Made by a program: the position numbers and the translations under genes
From: Okamejei kenojei
Taxonomy: Eukaryota
Length of the DNA stretch: 64,000 bases
Assembly (NCBI GenBank): GCA_035221665.1
Contig: CM069160.1
Coordinates: 7,688,001-7,752,000 of the forward strand
Reading direction: 5' to 3'
Notes under the pieces: model-generated
The model's input: the letters and a program-made list of their open reading frames with translations, nothing else
Told to the model about the DNA's origin: nothing
The model's database searches: none
In this document: one piece after another, positions 24,157-37,393 of the stretch
Layout of the letters: each line of letters opens with the position of its first letter
How positions within the stretch are numbered: the first letter of the stretch is position 1

Positions 24157-26094
24157 ACAGAGGAGGACAAGGGGCTTAATTAGGAAAGGGAAAATGGAGT
24201 ATGAAAGAAAACTGGCAGGAAACATAAATACTGACTGCAAAAGTTTTTATCGATATGTGAAGCGAAAAAGATTAGTTAAAACAAATGTAGGTCCCTTGCA
24301 GTCAGAAACAGGTGAATTGATCATGGGGAACAATGACATGGCAGACCAATTGAATAACTACTTTGGTTCTGTCTTCACTAAGGAAGACATAAATAATTTG
24401 CCGGAAATACAAGGGGATCGCGGGTCAAATGAGATGGAGAAACTGAGTGAAATCCAGGTTAGCCGGAAAGTGGTGTTAGGTAAATTGAATAGATTAAGGG
24501 CCGATAAATCCCCAGGGCCAGATAGGCTGCATCCCAGGGTACTTAAGGAAGTAGCCCCAGAAATAGCAGATGTCTTAGTGATAATTTTTCAAAAATCTTT
24601 AGATTCTGGAGTAGTTCCTGAGGATTGGAGCGTAGCTAATGTAACCCCACTTTTTAAAAAAGCGAGGGAGAGAGAAAACGTGGAATTACAGACCAGTTAG
24701 TCTAACATCGGTAGTGGGGAAACTGCTAGAGTCAGTTATTAAAGATGTGATAGCAGCGCATTTGGAAAGTGATGAAATCATTGGACAAAGTCAGCATGGA
24801 TTTACGAAAGGTAAATCATGTCTGACGAATCTTATTGAATTTTTTGAGGATGTAACTAGTAGAGTGGATGAGGGAGAAGCAGTGGATGTGTTATATCTGG
24901 ACTTTCAGAACGCTTTCGACAAAGTCCCACACAAGAGATTAGTATACAAACATAAAGCACACGGTATTGGTGGTTCAGTATTGATGTGTATAGAGAACTG
25001 GCTGGCAGACAGGAAGCAAAGAGTAGGAGCGAACGGGTCCTTCTCAGGATGGCAGGCAGCGACTAGTGGGGTGCCGCAAGGCTCAGTGCTGGGACCCCAG
25101 CTATTTACAATATATATTAATTATTTGGACGAGGGAATTAAATGCAACATCTCGAAGTTTGCGGATTAGAGGAAGCTGGGGGGCAGTGTTAGCTGTGAGG
25201 AGGATGCTAGGAGGCTGCAAGATAACTTGGATAGACTGGGTGAGTGGGCAAATGCATGGCAGATGCAGTATAATGTGGATAAATGTGAGGTTATCCACTT
25301 TGGTGGCAAAAACAGGAAAGTAGACTATTATTTGAATGGTGACCGATTAGGAAAAGGGGAGATGCAACGAGACCTGGGTGTCATGGTGCACCAGTCATTG
25401 AAAGTAGGCATGCAGGTGCAGCAGGCTGAGAAGAAAGCGAATGGAATGTTGGCATTCATAACAAAAGGATTTGAGTACAAGAGCAGGGAGGTTCTACTGC
25501 AGTTGTACAGGATCTTGGTGAGGCCGCACCTGGAGTATTGCTTACAGTTTTGGTTTCCAAATCTGAGGAAAGACATTCTTGCCATAGAGGGAGTACAGAG
25601 AAGGTTCAGCAGACTGATTCATGGGATGGCAGGACTTCCATATGAAGAAAGACTGGATAGACTCGGCTTGTACTCGCTGGAATTTAGAAGATTGAGCGGG
25701 CATCTCATAAGTACTTACAAAATTCTTAAGGGGTTGGAGAGACTAGATGCAGGAAGATTGTTCCCGATGTCGGGGAAGTCCAGGACAAGGGGTCACAGTT
25801 TAAGGATAAGGGGGAAGTCTTTTAGGACCGAGATAGGAAAATCGTTTTTCACACAGAGAGTGGTGAATCTGTGGAATTCTCTGCCACAGAAGGTAGCTGA
25901 GGCCAGTTCATTGGCTATATTTAACAGGGAGTTAGATGTGGCCCTTGTGGCTAAAGGGATCAAGGGGTATGGAGAGAAGGCAGGTACAGGATACTGAGTT
26001 GGATGATCGGCCATGATCATATTGAATGGCGGTGCAGGCTCGAAGGGCCAAATGGCATACTCCTGCACCTATTTTCTATGTTTCTATGTTTCTA
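24157..26094 (+). mobile_element. 1.9-kb 5'-truncated CR1 LINE
   Basis: ORF2 pieces 24194-25997 ([33 protein letters not shown]); TSD TGGACA at 24151-24156 and 26095-26100; (TTTCTATG)n tail. Confidence 0.95.
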
Positions 26095-26228
26095 TGGACA
26101 GGTACATGGGTGGGAAACATAAGGACAAGCAGATGCTGGTTTACAAATGGCCAGGCAGCATCTCTGGAGAAAATGGACAAGTGATGTTTCAGGTCGGGAC
26201 CTTCTTCAGGCAGCAGACAGATTGCGGT

Positions 26229-26276
<48 letters not shown>

Positions 26277-27005
26277 AAAGTTGGAAGAGGTAGGGGAGGG
26301 ACTGGTGATGTTAGGTGGATACATTGGTGGGGGGGGGGGGGGTTGATGGGTCGATGACAAGTGCAAGAGATGAAGAGCAAAAAGGTGCCACACAATGACA
26401 GAAGAGTTGAAAATGTGTGACTGCGAGTCTTATACCCCCGAGACCCAGTGCTGGGCACAGCTCAGTCCGGGCACGTTAATGGGTGAGGCAACGCCATGCA
26501 GGAGGCTTTGGTCGAGGCGTGGAAGTTTGGGCGGGCAGTGGGAGGGGCAGGAGAGACGGCCAGAGAACACAACAATCTGCCTCCCCCACCCAACCACCAC
26601 GCCCTGGCAATGCGTTCCAGGCCCCCCACTCCAACTCTGTGTAAATAAACCTTCCCCTGTACATCTCACTTGTAACTATGCCCTCTAGTGGGGGACATGT
26701 TGCAGGTTAATTGGCCTTTGTAAAATATCCCCGGTGTGTGGGGAGTGGATTTGAAAGTGGGATAACAGGGAACAAGTGTGAATGGGTGATCGATGGTCAG
26801 CATTAACTCGGTGGGCTGAAGAGCCTGTTTCCATGCTGTATCTCCAAAGCAAACAATTAAATCACCGTGGATCTCTTGCATCTGAATCTTCTGGATCAGC
26901 TGCCACGGGGGCCTTGATCACGTGCCTTACAATCACCCACAGAGGCAACATGGGAACGTCGGGGGAGGGTGGGGGTGGGGTGGATGTGTGTGTGTGTGTG
27001 TGTGT

Positions 27006-27056
<51 letters not shown>

Positions 27057-28525
27057 TGGTGTGGTGTGTGTGTCCTCGGGTCTGTTGTTGGGGTGTGTTG
27101 TTGTGGGGGGATGTGTGTGCGTGTGTGATTGTGTGTGTGCGTCTCCCCCCATTTCTCCCCCCTTTCCCCCCCCACTACTTCTTCTTCTCTTATCCTCCCC
27201 CCGCCCCCTGTCTCTCTCCCCCTCTCTCTCGCCCCCTCCTCTCCTTTATCTCACCCACTCTCTCTCCCCCCTCTCTCCTCTTTCTCTCTCTCCAACGTCC
27301 CCCCATCATCTCAACTCTCTCCACGTTTTCCCACTCCAGCCCCGTTCTCACCCCACTATCCCCCATGACCCACCGCTGTCTCTCCCACCTTTTCTCCCCC
27401 TCTTCTCCCCCTCTCTCCCCCTCTCCCCCCCAATCTCCCCCAGTCTCTCTCTCCCCCATCCCTCCCTCCTCCACCTCCTCTCCCCCGTCCCCTGCCCATC
27501 CTCTTCTCCCCACCTCTACCCCCACCTTCTAACCAAGCCTCTCCCCTCCTTCCCCCACCTCTACCCCCTCTCCACCCTTTCCACCCTTTCTTCCCCTCTA
27601 GCAAGACTTTCTTCCCCCTCTCCCTCTCACCCCTCTCTTCTCCCCCTCTCTATCCGCCCCCTCTTCCTCCTTCTCTTCCCCTTCGCTCTCCATATCTCTC
27701 TTCACAACTACCCCCCCCCCCCTGAGCCCACCCCACTCACACCCCTTTCCCACCCTCCCTCCCCCCTCTCGCCTCCTCCCCTTCTGCAACTCTCTCTCCC
27801 CCCACTCGAATCTCCCCCTCTCTTTCCCCCCTCTCTTTCCCCCTCTCTCTTTCCCCCCTCTCTTTTCCCCCCTTCTTACTTTCCCCCTCTCTCTTTCCCC
27901 TTTTTCTCAACTCTTTCCCCCCCTCTCTCATCCCATCCTAATCCCCATCCTCTCTCCCTCTCACTCCTCCTCCCCCCTCTTCCTCTTCTCTCTCCCCCGC
28001 TCTCTCCTCCCCCCCTCTTTCTTCTCCCCCTATCTCTGTGTGTGTGAGGTGTGTATATGTAGGTTGTGCGGCGGTGTGTGGGTGTGGTGTGATTTTTTTT
28101 GTGTGTGTTAATATGTGGGGTGTGTGTTGTGAGGTCTGTGCGTGTGTGTTTGTGGGTGCGGGGGGGTTTGTGTGTGTTGGTGTGGGTGTGTGTGGGTGAG
28201 TGTGTGGGGGATGCGTGATGGGTGTGTGGGGAGGTGTGGGTAGGTTGTGTTGGTGGATGGGTGTGTGTAGGGCGTTGAGGTGGTGTGTTTGTTTTGTGTG
28301 TGGGTGGGTGTGTGTGAGTGTGTGTGTGTGTGTGTAGAGTGTGGTGTATGTGTTGGGGGGGGGTTTGTGGGTGGGAGGTGTGGGGTGGGGGTGTGTGTGG
28401 GTGTGGGTGTGTGGAAGTGTGTGTGTGTGTGTGGGGCGGGATGTGGGCATAATTGTGTGTGCATGCGTGTGTGTGCGTGCGGGTGTGTGAGTGCGTGCGT
28501 GTGGGTGTGTGTATGTGTGTGTGTG

Positions 28526-29169
28526 TATGAGATATGCGATATGCTCGAACAATCACTACTCAAGACTAAATCGTGGAAGCAAGAGATTCTTTATTTTCGA
28601 GTCCGCAGTCGGGCGCCTCTCCAAGTTGAGACACACCGAAGTCAGAAGGGTATAACCCCCTTTATAATACACACAATTCCTACATCCAACCTCCCCTCGG
28701 ACCCTTTTCCAATCAGAGTCTGAGGTGCACAATCTGTAGTACGTCCCCCCAGTACCTCCCACATCATACATCGCATGTCCAGACATGTGCATGGTAATGA
28801 ACAGTTACCCTTGACCATGGGTGTGTTGTAATATCCATTGAGATATTTTACTAAGCATGCTCAGAAATTGTTCATGACCTACCCTAGTTTTACTCACCTC
28901 ACCTCCAACTGAACTCTCTCAGTTCTCCTATATCAGCACTAAAGCTAAGCTATAGTGACAAGGGTCCCATCTATCACTCCCTTCTACTGATAGGGATCTA
29001 TCTACATCACTCCCTTGTACCGCTATGCAATGCTATCACTTCTTACTCAAGGACTGCTCTGGTAACTTTTATACACAGCTGTGTCAGAACCCTCTTCCTG
29101 GCCTCTATCGGTTTGAATCCTCATTAAAGTCCCTTACAATAGTGGGGTTTAATCACTTTATCCCTCACA
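28526..29169 (-). mobile_element. Probable solo LTR in intron 1
   Basis: Right end CCTCACA is complementary to TGTGAGG, which starts the related copy at 63664. TATAAA and AATAAA occur in LTR order on minus. Confidence 0.65.
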
Positions 29170-29261
29170 TGTGTGTGTGTGTGTGGGTGTGTGTGTGTGG
29201 GGGTGTGTGGGGTGTGGGCCTGTGTATCTCCCGCTGTCTCTGACTCCGTGCCCGGTTCCAG

Positions 29262-29522
29262 GCTCCCACTCGCTGCATTATTTCGCCACGGGGGTGGCCC
29301 CGGGCTGGGGGGTCCCTGAGTTCACGGTGGTCGGATACGTGGACGAGGAGCAGATTGGTCACTACGACAGCGACAGAGGGGACGTGGAGCCGCGGCAGCG
29401 GTGGATGGCGAAGAGTCAGTTCGCCGACTACTGGGAGCAGGAGACACAGAGGGCGCGGGGCTACGAACCGTGGTTCACGGCCAACATCCAGACCATGCAG
29501 CAGCGAACCAACCAGAGCGGGG
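29262..29522 (+). CDS. MHC class I heavy chain exon 2 (alpha1 domain)
   Basis: GSHSLHYFATGVAPGWGVPEFTVVGYVDEEQIGHYDSDRGDVEPRQRWMAKSQFADYWEQETQRARGYEPWFTANIQTMQQRTNQSG; TTCCAG acceptor, GTGAGA donor, 261 nt, phase 1/1; Y7, Y59, R84 and N86-Q-S equivalents present. Confidence 0.97.
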
Positions 29523-29649
29523 GTGAGAGCGGGGATGTACCACGCGGGTGTGTGGTGTGTGAGGGGGTGGGGGGGATGTACCAACGTGTGTGTGTGGTGG
29601 GGTGGGGGTGGGGGGGCCGGACAGCCCTACTGGACGGCAATTGTTGCAG

Positions 29650-29929
29650 GGATCCACCACTATCCAGTGATGTTTGGCTGTGAGCTGCTGCGCTCGGACG
29701 GCTCCACCACCGGGTTCAATCGCAGTTTCGGCTGGGAGCGGAGAGGTACTTGATCAGCTCTCGACAAGGAGCACAATGAGTGGTGACGCCCGTCTCCAAA
29801 CATGGGTTGTTGACCAAACACAAGTGGAGCGGGACACCGCAACGCCCATACTTGGAAGGACTAACCTGAGGAAGAGTGCATCGAGTGGCTGCAAAATTTG
29901 TCCCACCGGACAGAGTCAACTCACCCCCT
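29650..29929 (+). CDS. MHC class I exon 3 (alpha2 domain), frameshifted as assembled
   Basis: TTGCAG acceptor; GIH..VMFGCEL.RSDGSTTGF, DKEH, VTPV, LTKHKW (TKHKW 29813-29827), EEECIEWLQ and GQSQLTP in shifting frames; GTGAGT donor at 29930. Confidence 0.9.
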
Positions 29930-29949
29930 GTGAGTGGGTTCAGTCATGT

Positions 29950-32900
29950 TGCCTCCACCCCCCTCACTTCCACTACCCACCCCCTCTCCATCTGTCGCCG
30001 TCGCCCCACTCGCTCCTCTCCCCCTCTCCCTCCCCCTCATCCTACCTCACTCACTCCCCTCTCGTCTCGCTCTCCCCTCTCCCTCTCTACCCCTCTCCCT
30101 CTCTACCCCTTTCTCTCTGCCCCACTCCTCCACCCCTTTTCTAGTTCCCCCCTCCGTCCCCCCCTGTTCCTCTTTCTCTCCCCCAGTCCCCCTCTCTCCC
30201 CTCCCTCTCCTCTCTCCCTTCTCTCTGCCCCACTCTACCACCCTTTCTAGATCCCCTTCCCTCCTCCCCCCTCCCCCCAATTCCCCCGCCCTCCCTTCCT
30301 CCCCTTTACCCTCCCCCTTCCCTCCACTTCCCTCCCCTTCCCTCCCCTTCCTCCCCCCCCCCCCCCCTTTGTTTTCCCTTACCCTCCGTCTCCCACTTCC
30401 CTNNNNNNNNNNNNNNNNNNNNNNNNNNNNNNNNNNNNNNNNNNNNNNNNNNNNNNNNNNNNNNNNNNNNNNNNNNNNNNNNNNNNNNNNNNNNNNNNNN
30501 NNNNNNNNNNNNNNNNNNNNNNNNNNNNNNNNNNNNNNNNNNNNNNNNCCCTCTCTCTCACACTCCCTCTCCCCCTCCCTCCCTCCCTCCACCCTCCCTC
30601 CCCCTCCCTCCCCCCTTCTCCTCCCCCTCTCTCTCCCCCTCCCTCCCCCTCTCTCGTCCCCCCCTGCCCCCCATCTTTCCTCCCCCTCCCTCCCTCCCCC
30701 CTCTCTCTCCCCCTCCCTCCCCCCTCTCCTCCCCCTCCCCTACCCCCTCTCTCTCCCCCTCTGCTCCTCAACTCTCTCCTTCCCCCTCCCTCCCCCTCTC
30801 CCTCCCCCCTCCCACCCCCTCTCTCCCACCTCTACCCCCCCTCCCTCCCTCCCTCCCTCCTCCCTCCCTCCTCTCTCTCCCCCTCTCTCTCTCCCCTCCA
30901 CTTCCCCCCCTCTCTACTCTCCCCTCTCTCTCCCCCTCACCCTCCCCCTCTCTCCCTCCCCCTTCTTCTCCACCACCCTCTCTCCCCCCCTCTCTCTCAC
31001 CCCCTCCCTACCCCCCCTCCCCCCCTCCCCCCCTCCCCTCCCCCTCCTCTCTCCCCCCCCTTTCCCACTTTCCTCTCTACCCTTCTCTCTCCCCCCTCGC
31101 CCTCCCCCCCTCCCTCCCCCCCTCCCTCCCCCCTCCCCCCCCCTCCCTCCCTCCCTCTCTTCCCCCCACTTTCCCACTTTCCTCTCTACCCTTTCCCCCC
31201 CTATCTCTCCCCTTCCTCCCCACCTCCTCCTCCTCCGTCTCTCCCCTATCTCTCTCCCATCTCTCTCCATCTCACACACACATCTCACCTCTATGCAACA
31301 CTGCACACCATTGCCCTAACCCCACCTCCCGCTCCCCTTTCTCTATCTCGCTCCCTTTTCTCACCACTCCTAACCTCTCCACGCCCCTCTCTTATCTCAG
31401 CTCTCTCTTCCTCACTCGCCCCGGCCGTCTTTCCCCCCATCTCTTCCCCCCCGTTTTTCCCCTCTCTCCCCCTCTCGCTCTTCCATCCCCTCTCCTCTCA
31501 CCCTCTCCATCTTTCATCTCTTTCAAACTAGCAAGTAGAGAGGGATAGAGCGAACAGAACTATCAATCATCTTCATGAGAATAAAACGCTAACACAACAA
31601 CTATCCCTCATCAAATCTCTACATCCACAGAGATCCCCAGCAACTCATATCAGCGACTTTATACTCCCCTATATCCGCCCCCCTCTTCCCGTCCCCCCCC
31701 CTCCTCAACCCTCGATCCCCCCTATCTCCACCCCCCTATACCCCATCCACACCCTACCCAATCTCTTCACACAAATATAATACACGAACAAAATACCCAA
31801 ATCTCTACCACACGAGAACATAAAAACATCCACACCTTATAAACGCCCTTATCCACCCTATATACCCCAGCCTCACAACCGACTACACACCTACTAACCC
31901 CCATATCAACACCTCGATCCCACCATATACCCCTCGATAAGACCAAAGATAGACCATCCAATCTCCCCCAATATCCCCACCCTAGCCCCAAATCATACCT
32001 CATTAGCACCCCTATATCACCCCCTTTATTCCCAACCTATATCCCACGATCTCTACCCAACGCCGAGAAACAAAGCTATACTAAAACGACCTCATAAAAC
32101 GAACTCTAAAAGAACTCTAAACCGAAATCTCAAGACAGCATCCCCCGAACTATCCAACGACATAGAAACCGTAAGATAAAAAGAAATATAAAAAATAGTA
32201 TGACGAAAGAGAGAAAACAGATAGAAAATATATAAACATGCATAGATCAAAAAATATAAACACGGGAGAAAAAAAAATATATAATATCTATACAAAATAA
32301 GAAACATATATAAAATACTCCCAATAAAAGATAAAGAAAACCGACCACGCCCATCTAGCTAACCACTACAAAGCAAACATAACATACCCAAAACCTTCAA
32401 AATCTATCACTCCTAATCTCTCGGACCCGCTCACGGTCCACCTTTCTTTCAAACATATCTCCATAGACATCTATATATCTCCCCCTCTCAAGCACCCTAG
32501 ACCCCCCTCTGACAAACCTATAAACCAGCTCCCTAAGAAACAAGAGCCAACGAAAAAAAAACATATAAACCATCACATAACGTCGCACCCTTCTAAATAT
32601 CGATCCCTTGTTATCATCTCCATTATTACAATCTAAACAATTATATCTCACCCTACATCTCTCCACTTTCGCTCCTCTCCTCCCCTCTCTCTCTCAAAAT
32701 CGCTCTATATCGATTGCAAAGGACTCTCCCCAATCTACATCTACACTCTCTCTCATTAATGATACTCGAAAATCTCGCACTCAACCCCTATATATCGCTG
32801 AAAATATATAGAAAAGAGAGTGGAAATAAAATTCTATTTCCTCATAATCTCTATATTTACCTTCTATCGTACACTTTATCTATAAAATACAACTATAATC

Positions 32901-35900
32901 TACAAAAGTAAGAAAATAATAATAAGTCAATATAAAATTGATAATAACAAATATAGCTAAATAGAACTATATGAAGATACAATATAACATATCTAATCCC
33001 CACTACTAGAATAACACTATTCTATCAACCAGAATACTCTCTATACACTATCTCTCCCACTCTACAAATCTATAACAAAGATATACCCAAGAGCTCACAA
33101 ATATAGAAGACACTCTACAAACCCTAATATCACAAACGATATAAAAATCTATAAACCACTCTATCCCAAACTATCTCACACCTATACCCTCTAATCCCTC
33201 GCTACCTAAACCACTCACTTCGTCAACCCTTACTACTAACACCATTCTTACCACCCCGTCTCCAACATTATAACAAAATATAGAAAAACATAACAAAACA
33301 AAAATATAACACAGGAAGAACAAATAGAAGACCTATCCAACAGTAATAAAACGAGAAGCACTATACATCTATCATCCCTTGTTATATATAAAATATTCCA
33401 CATATCCAAAACAATGATATAGAAAAAATTGCAGATAATGTTAGAGATAAGAAGATATAGAGAAAATAGATTAGGAGAGAATATAGACATCATAGATATC
33501 GTACAATATATCTCATACGCTGCCAACTATCTGAACCATATCTTTCCACTATCATTCTCCTACGCTATCAATCTGCAGAAATCGCTACCCCAAGATACAA
33601 ACCTAGATAAACATATATAGAAAAAATATATCGCCAATAACAATCTAAAACAATCGCCCAATCTCCCAACCCAACTCTCAACCCCTCTCCCCCCCTCTCC
33701 CAACTACTATGCACCAAATGACGAGCACAATATTCGATGCGTAACTCTCTCATGTGGGGCATAGAGATCTACACAAGTAGCGATAAAAAGATATATGAAA
33801 AACGATCGATGCAAAAAGAATGGAAATAGATCTGAAAAAAATATATGAATAAAAGGGATATGAAAACAATATATTACAACACGATATATGCAAAAGATCT
33901 CTGAACACATAACGATGAAAAAATAATATGCAATAAATAAAGAAGGAAAATACAAGATGAAAAAATACCATCTGAAAAACCAAGATGACACCAAAAGATA
34001 TGAAACCATAATATGCCCCATATAATTATCTAAAAAAATCTATATAATTATAGAAATTACATCTATAGTCACGATTCCAATATTCATATATAAAAAATCT
34101 ATCTAACACAGATATACCATCATATAGCCCCCCTCTACTCCTCTCACTCATCAATCAGCAAAATGCCTAAATTTTACTAATCTGACCCCGATACATTCTA
34201 TGATCTTCTCTTGTCATTCCAGTCTCTATCACCCTCCCACTACATCTCTCAATTAGATCAACAGTCTCCATTGATCGCTAAAAAAATCCCATAGATCCTA
34301 TCTATATATACTAGTACATTCGCGATATTTGATATACACAAATGTGAGATATCAACATCAGTATAATAAAAAATGTAGAAAAAATGAATCAGTAAATAAG
34401 ACATTTCTAAAACACACGATAGCTCATATATAAATCTAGAACACCCCTCGCGCCCCCATCGATCCCCTCTATCTCACCCTAGATCGCACCCTCCACCTCA
34501 CACCCTCTTCCACCCCCCATCTCATCTGCCCACCTCCCTTCGCCCCCGCCCTATGCCCCCCTACATTTGCCAACACAATCTGCCCCACTCCCTCTGCCAA
34601 AACTCACTATGCACACAATAACCATATGCCAACATAATCTGCCAATACCCACTCTGTGCACCACCACGGCAAAAAATATATGCAAACATATTATTTATCA
34701 AAATATATATCTAATTTACTATTCATTACCTCTCGACTACGAAAATCACCTCTATATCAACCTATCGCTTTCACTAACCAACTAGACAAAACCTCTCTCC
34801 CTCAATCGCCATACGCCACCCGTCATAGTCGTATATAACGATAAACCATCCTTAATTTCCTACTATGCCCACCCTAATTCTCTCTATTTTCTCGACCGCT
34901 CTCCACCACCACCTACTTACTCTCACTCTATTCCCGATCCCTTGCTCTACTAACCATCCCCATCTATCCTCTCTCTCTCTATACATTATCTCTCCCCTTT
35001 GCGCTCAACAACTCCCCCGCAATACACATTCTCCCATACTCTCTCCTCACCTCTCCACCTTTCTCAACCCAATCTATAGACACCTAGATAAAATAAGAAC
35101 CCTCTCCCCCAGCTCTCCCCACTCTACCCCCTCTACCACCCTCATAAAACATCTACCCCATCTCTCCCCCCCTCATCCCCCTTTCTCTCGCCAGTCTCAT
35201 CTGCCAATCTATCGCACCAATTCTCCCTCCCCCTCTCTCTATTCCCCTCTAATTGTACCCTCTGCCACAACCGTCTACTTCTCTTCTAATAGCTCTCCCA
35301 CCCCCCCATATCTCGACTCTGTCCCCCTCCTCTCTAACCATCCGCCCTCTCTCCCCTCTCTACTCTCCATTTCTCTCTCCACTCCCCCATCTCACTCCAT
35401 CCCATAATACCCCTAGTCTTCCCCCTCACTCCTCCCCCCCCGTCTTTATCCAAACGTTCTATTTACGACTCTCACTGCGCGTACCCCATCTCTCTCTCAT
35501 CCCTCCCCCTCTCTTCCCCCTCTCTCCCCCACTCTCCCCCCCCCTACTCCCCCTCTCACGTACCCTCTCACCACAATCTCACCACCCCTCGAATCCACCA
35601 CTATCACACCTTATCCCCCCTCCCAACACCATCTCCCACCACACCTCTCCCACGTAATCCACCGACGCCCTCCCTCTCACACATCTCTCATCCATTGTTC
35701 TCTCTCCAATCTTCCAATCACACCCCCTTCTCTCTCCCACCAAGCTCTCTCACAGTTCTCTCTCCTCGTCTCACTCTCCCTCTCCTCTCTGATCTCCTCT
35801 CCCACCTCGCTCTCGCCCCCCCTCTCTCTCCTGCCCCTCTCTCTCTGTCTCTGCCCCCTCTCTTCCACTTCTCATTCTCATCCTACTCTCAAGCTGCATC

Positions 35901-36893
35901 CCTCGCTACCCCCCCTCGCCTCCCCCCCTCGCTCCCCCTCGCTCTCCCCTCGCCACTCTCACCCCTCTCGCCCACTAGTCTAACCCCCCCCTCTCTCCCC
36001 CCTCCTCCACCCCTGCTCTCCCCCTCTAGGCCCCTTCTCTCACCCTCTTTCGCTGCTTTCACCTCTCTCAATTTGCATCTATCTCTCCCACCTCATCGCG
36101 ACCCATATATACTCTCTGCACCCCTCTCGCTGCCCCCCTCTCCTCTGCCCCCTCTCTCGCCCCCCGCTCTCTGCCCCCCTGTCTCTGCCCCCCTGTACTC
36201 TGCCCCCCTATCTCTGCCCCCTCTCTCTGCCCCCCTCCACTCTGCCCCCCTCCCTCTGCCCCCCTCCCTCCCCTGGCCCCACTCCCTCTGCCCCCTCCCT
36301 ATGGCACCCCCTCTGGCCCCCCGCTCTGCCCCTCTCCTGCCCACCTCTCATTCCTCCCACCCTCTCTATCTCCATCTCTCCCTTCCATATCTCTCCTCTC
36401 TTTCCCCCCTCTCTCCCCCCTCTCTCCTCCCCCCTCTGCTCCCCGCCTCTCCCCCCATCTACTCCTCCACTCTCAACCATCTAAAATTTCCTCGTCTGTG
36501 CCCCCCTCCGTCTCTCTCCTTGTTATCCCGTCTCTCCTCTCCCCCCCCCTCCATCTCTCACTCTCTCCCCTCCCCCACTTGCTCTATACCCATCCCCCTC
36601 TATCCTCTCTCTCTCTCTATAACTTCTCTCGCAAATTTTCTATCGACACGACATCTTAACTCACCCTCACTCCACCTTCATACCTAATCTCATCCGTCAC
36701 TACCCTTTATCACCCCCATCTATCTCCATATCTCCCTCTATCACTCTCTCCCCCCTCGCTCAACCCTCGCTACCCCGCTCTCCCCTCCGCTCGCTCCCGC
36801 CCACTCTCCCCCATATCGCCCCATCATCCCCCCCTCTACTCTGCCCAACTCTCATCATGCCCCCTCCCCTCTGCCACACCTCTTCTCTGTAGA
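29950..36893. other. Low-complexity / low-quality sequence (C/T tracts and a G-depleted A/C-rich stretch)
   Basis: Extreme strand-specific G depletion with no recognisable repeat or exon. Confidence 0.7.
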
Positions 36894-37393
36894 NNNNNNN
36901 NNNNNNNNNNNNNNNNNNNNNNNNNNNNNNNNNNNNNNNNNNNNNNNNNNNNNNNNNNNNNNNNNNNNNNNNNNNNNNNNNNNNNNNNNNNNNNNNNNNN
37001 NNNNNNNNNNNNNNNNNNNNNNNNNNNNNNNNNNNNNNNNNNNNNNNNNNNNNNNNNNNNNNNNNNNNNNNNNNNNNNNNNNNNNNNNNNNNNNNNNNNN
37101 NNNNNNNNNNNNNNNNNNNNNNNNNNNNNNNNNNNNNNNNNNNNNNNNNNNNNNNNNNNNNNNNNNNNNNNNNNNNNNNNNNNNNNNNNNNNNNNNNNNN
37201 NNNNNNNNNNNNNNNNNNNNNNNNNNNNNNNNNNNNNNNNNNNNNNNNNNNNNNNNNNNNNNNNNNNNNNNNNNNNNNNNNNNNNNNNNNNNNNNNNNNN
37301 NNNNNNNNNNNNNNNNNNNNNNNNNNNNNNNNNNNNNNNNNNNNNNNNNNNNNNNNNNNNNNNNNNNNNNNNNNNNNNNNNNNNNNNNNNNNN
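36894..37393. other. 500-N scaffold gap
   Basis: Exactly 500 N, a round placeholder length, separating the two oppositely oriented arms. Confidence 0.95.

Larger units (their letters stand above)
18563..27140 (+). repeat. Tandem array (~3 full or partial units) of a ~3.2-kb Penelope/CR1/SINE mosaic bounded by (GT)n, in intron 1
   Basis: Units start at ~18563, ~21757 and ~23125 (partial) and have identical internal junctions. Confidence 0.9.

Noticed and set aside
31500-35300. AT-rich G-depleted island as a foreign, mitochondrial or viral insert
   Set aside because: No coherent ORF or RNA gene; composition is more consistent with low-quality read sequence.
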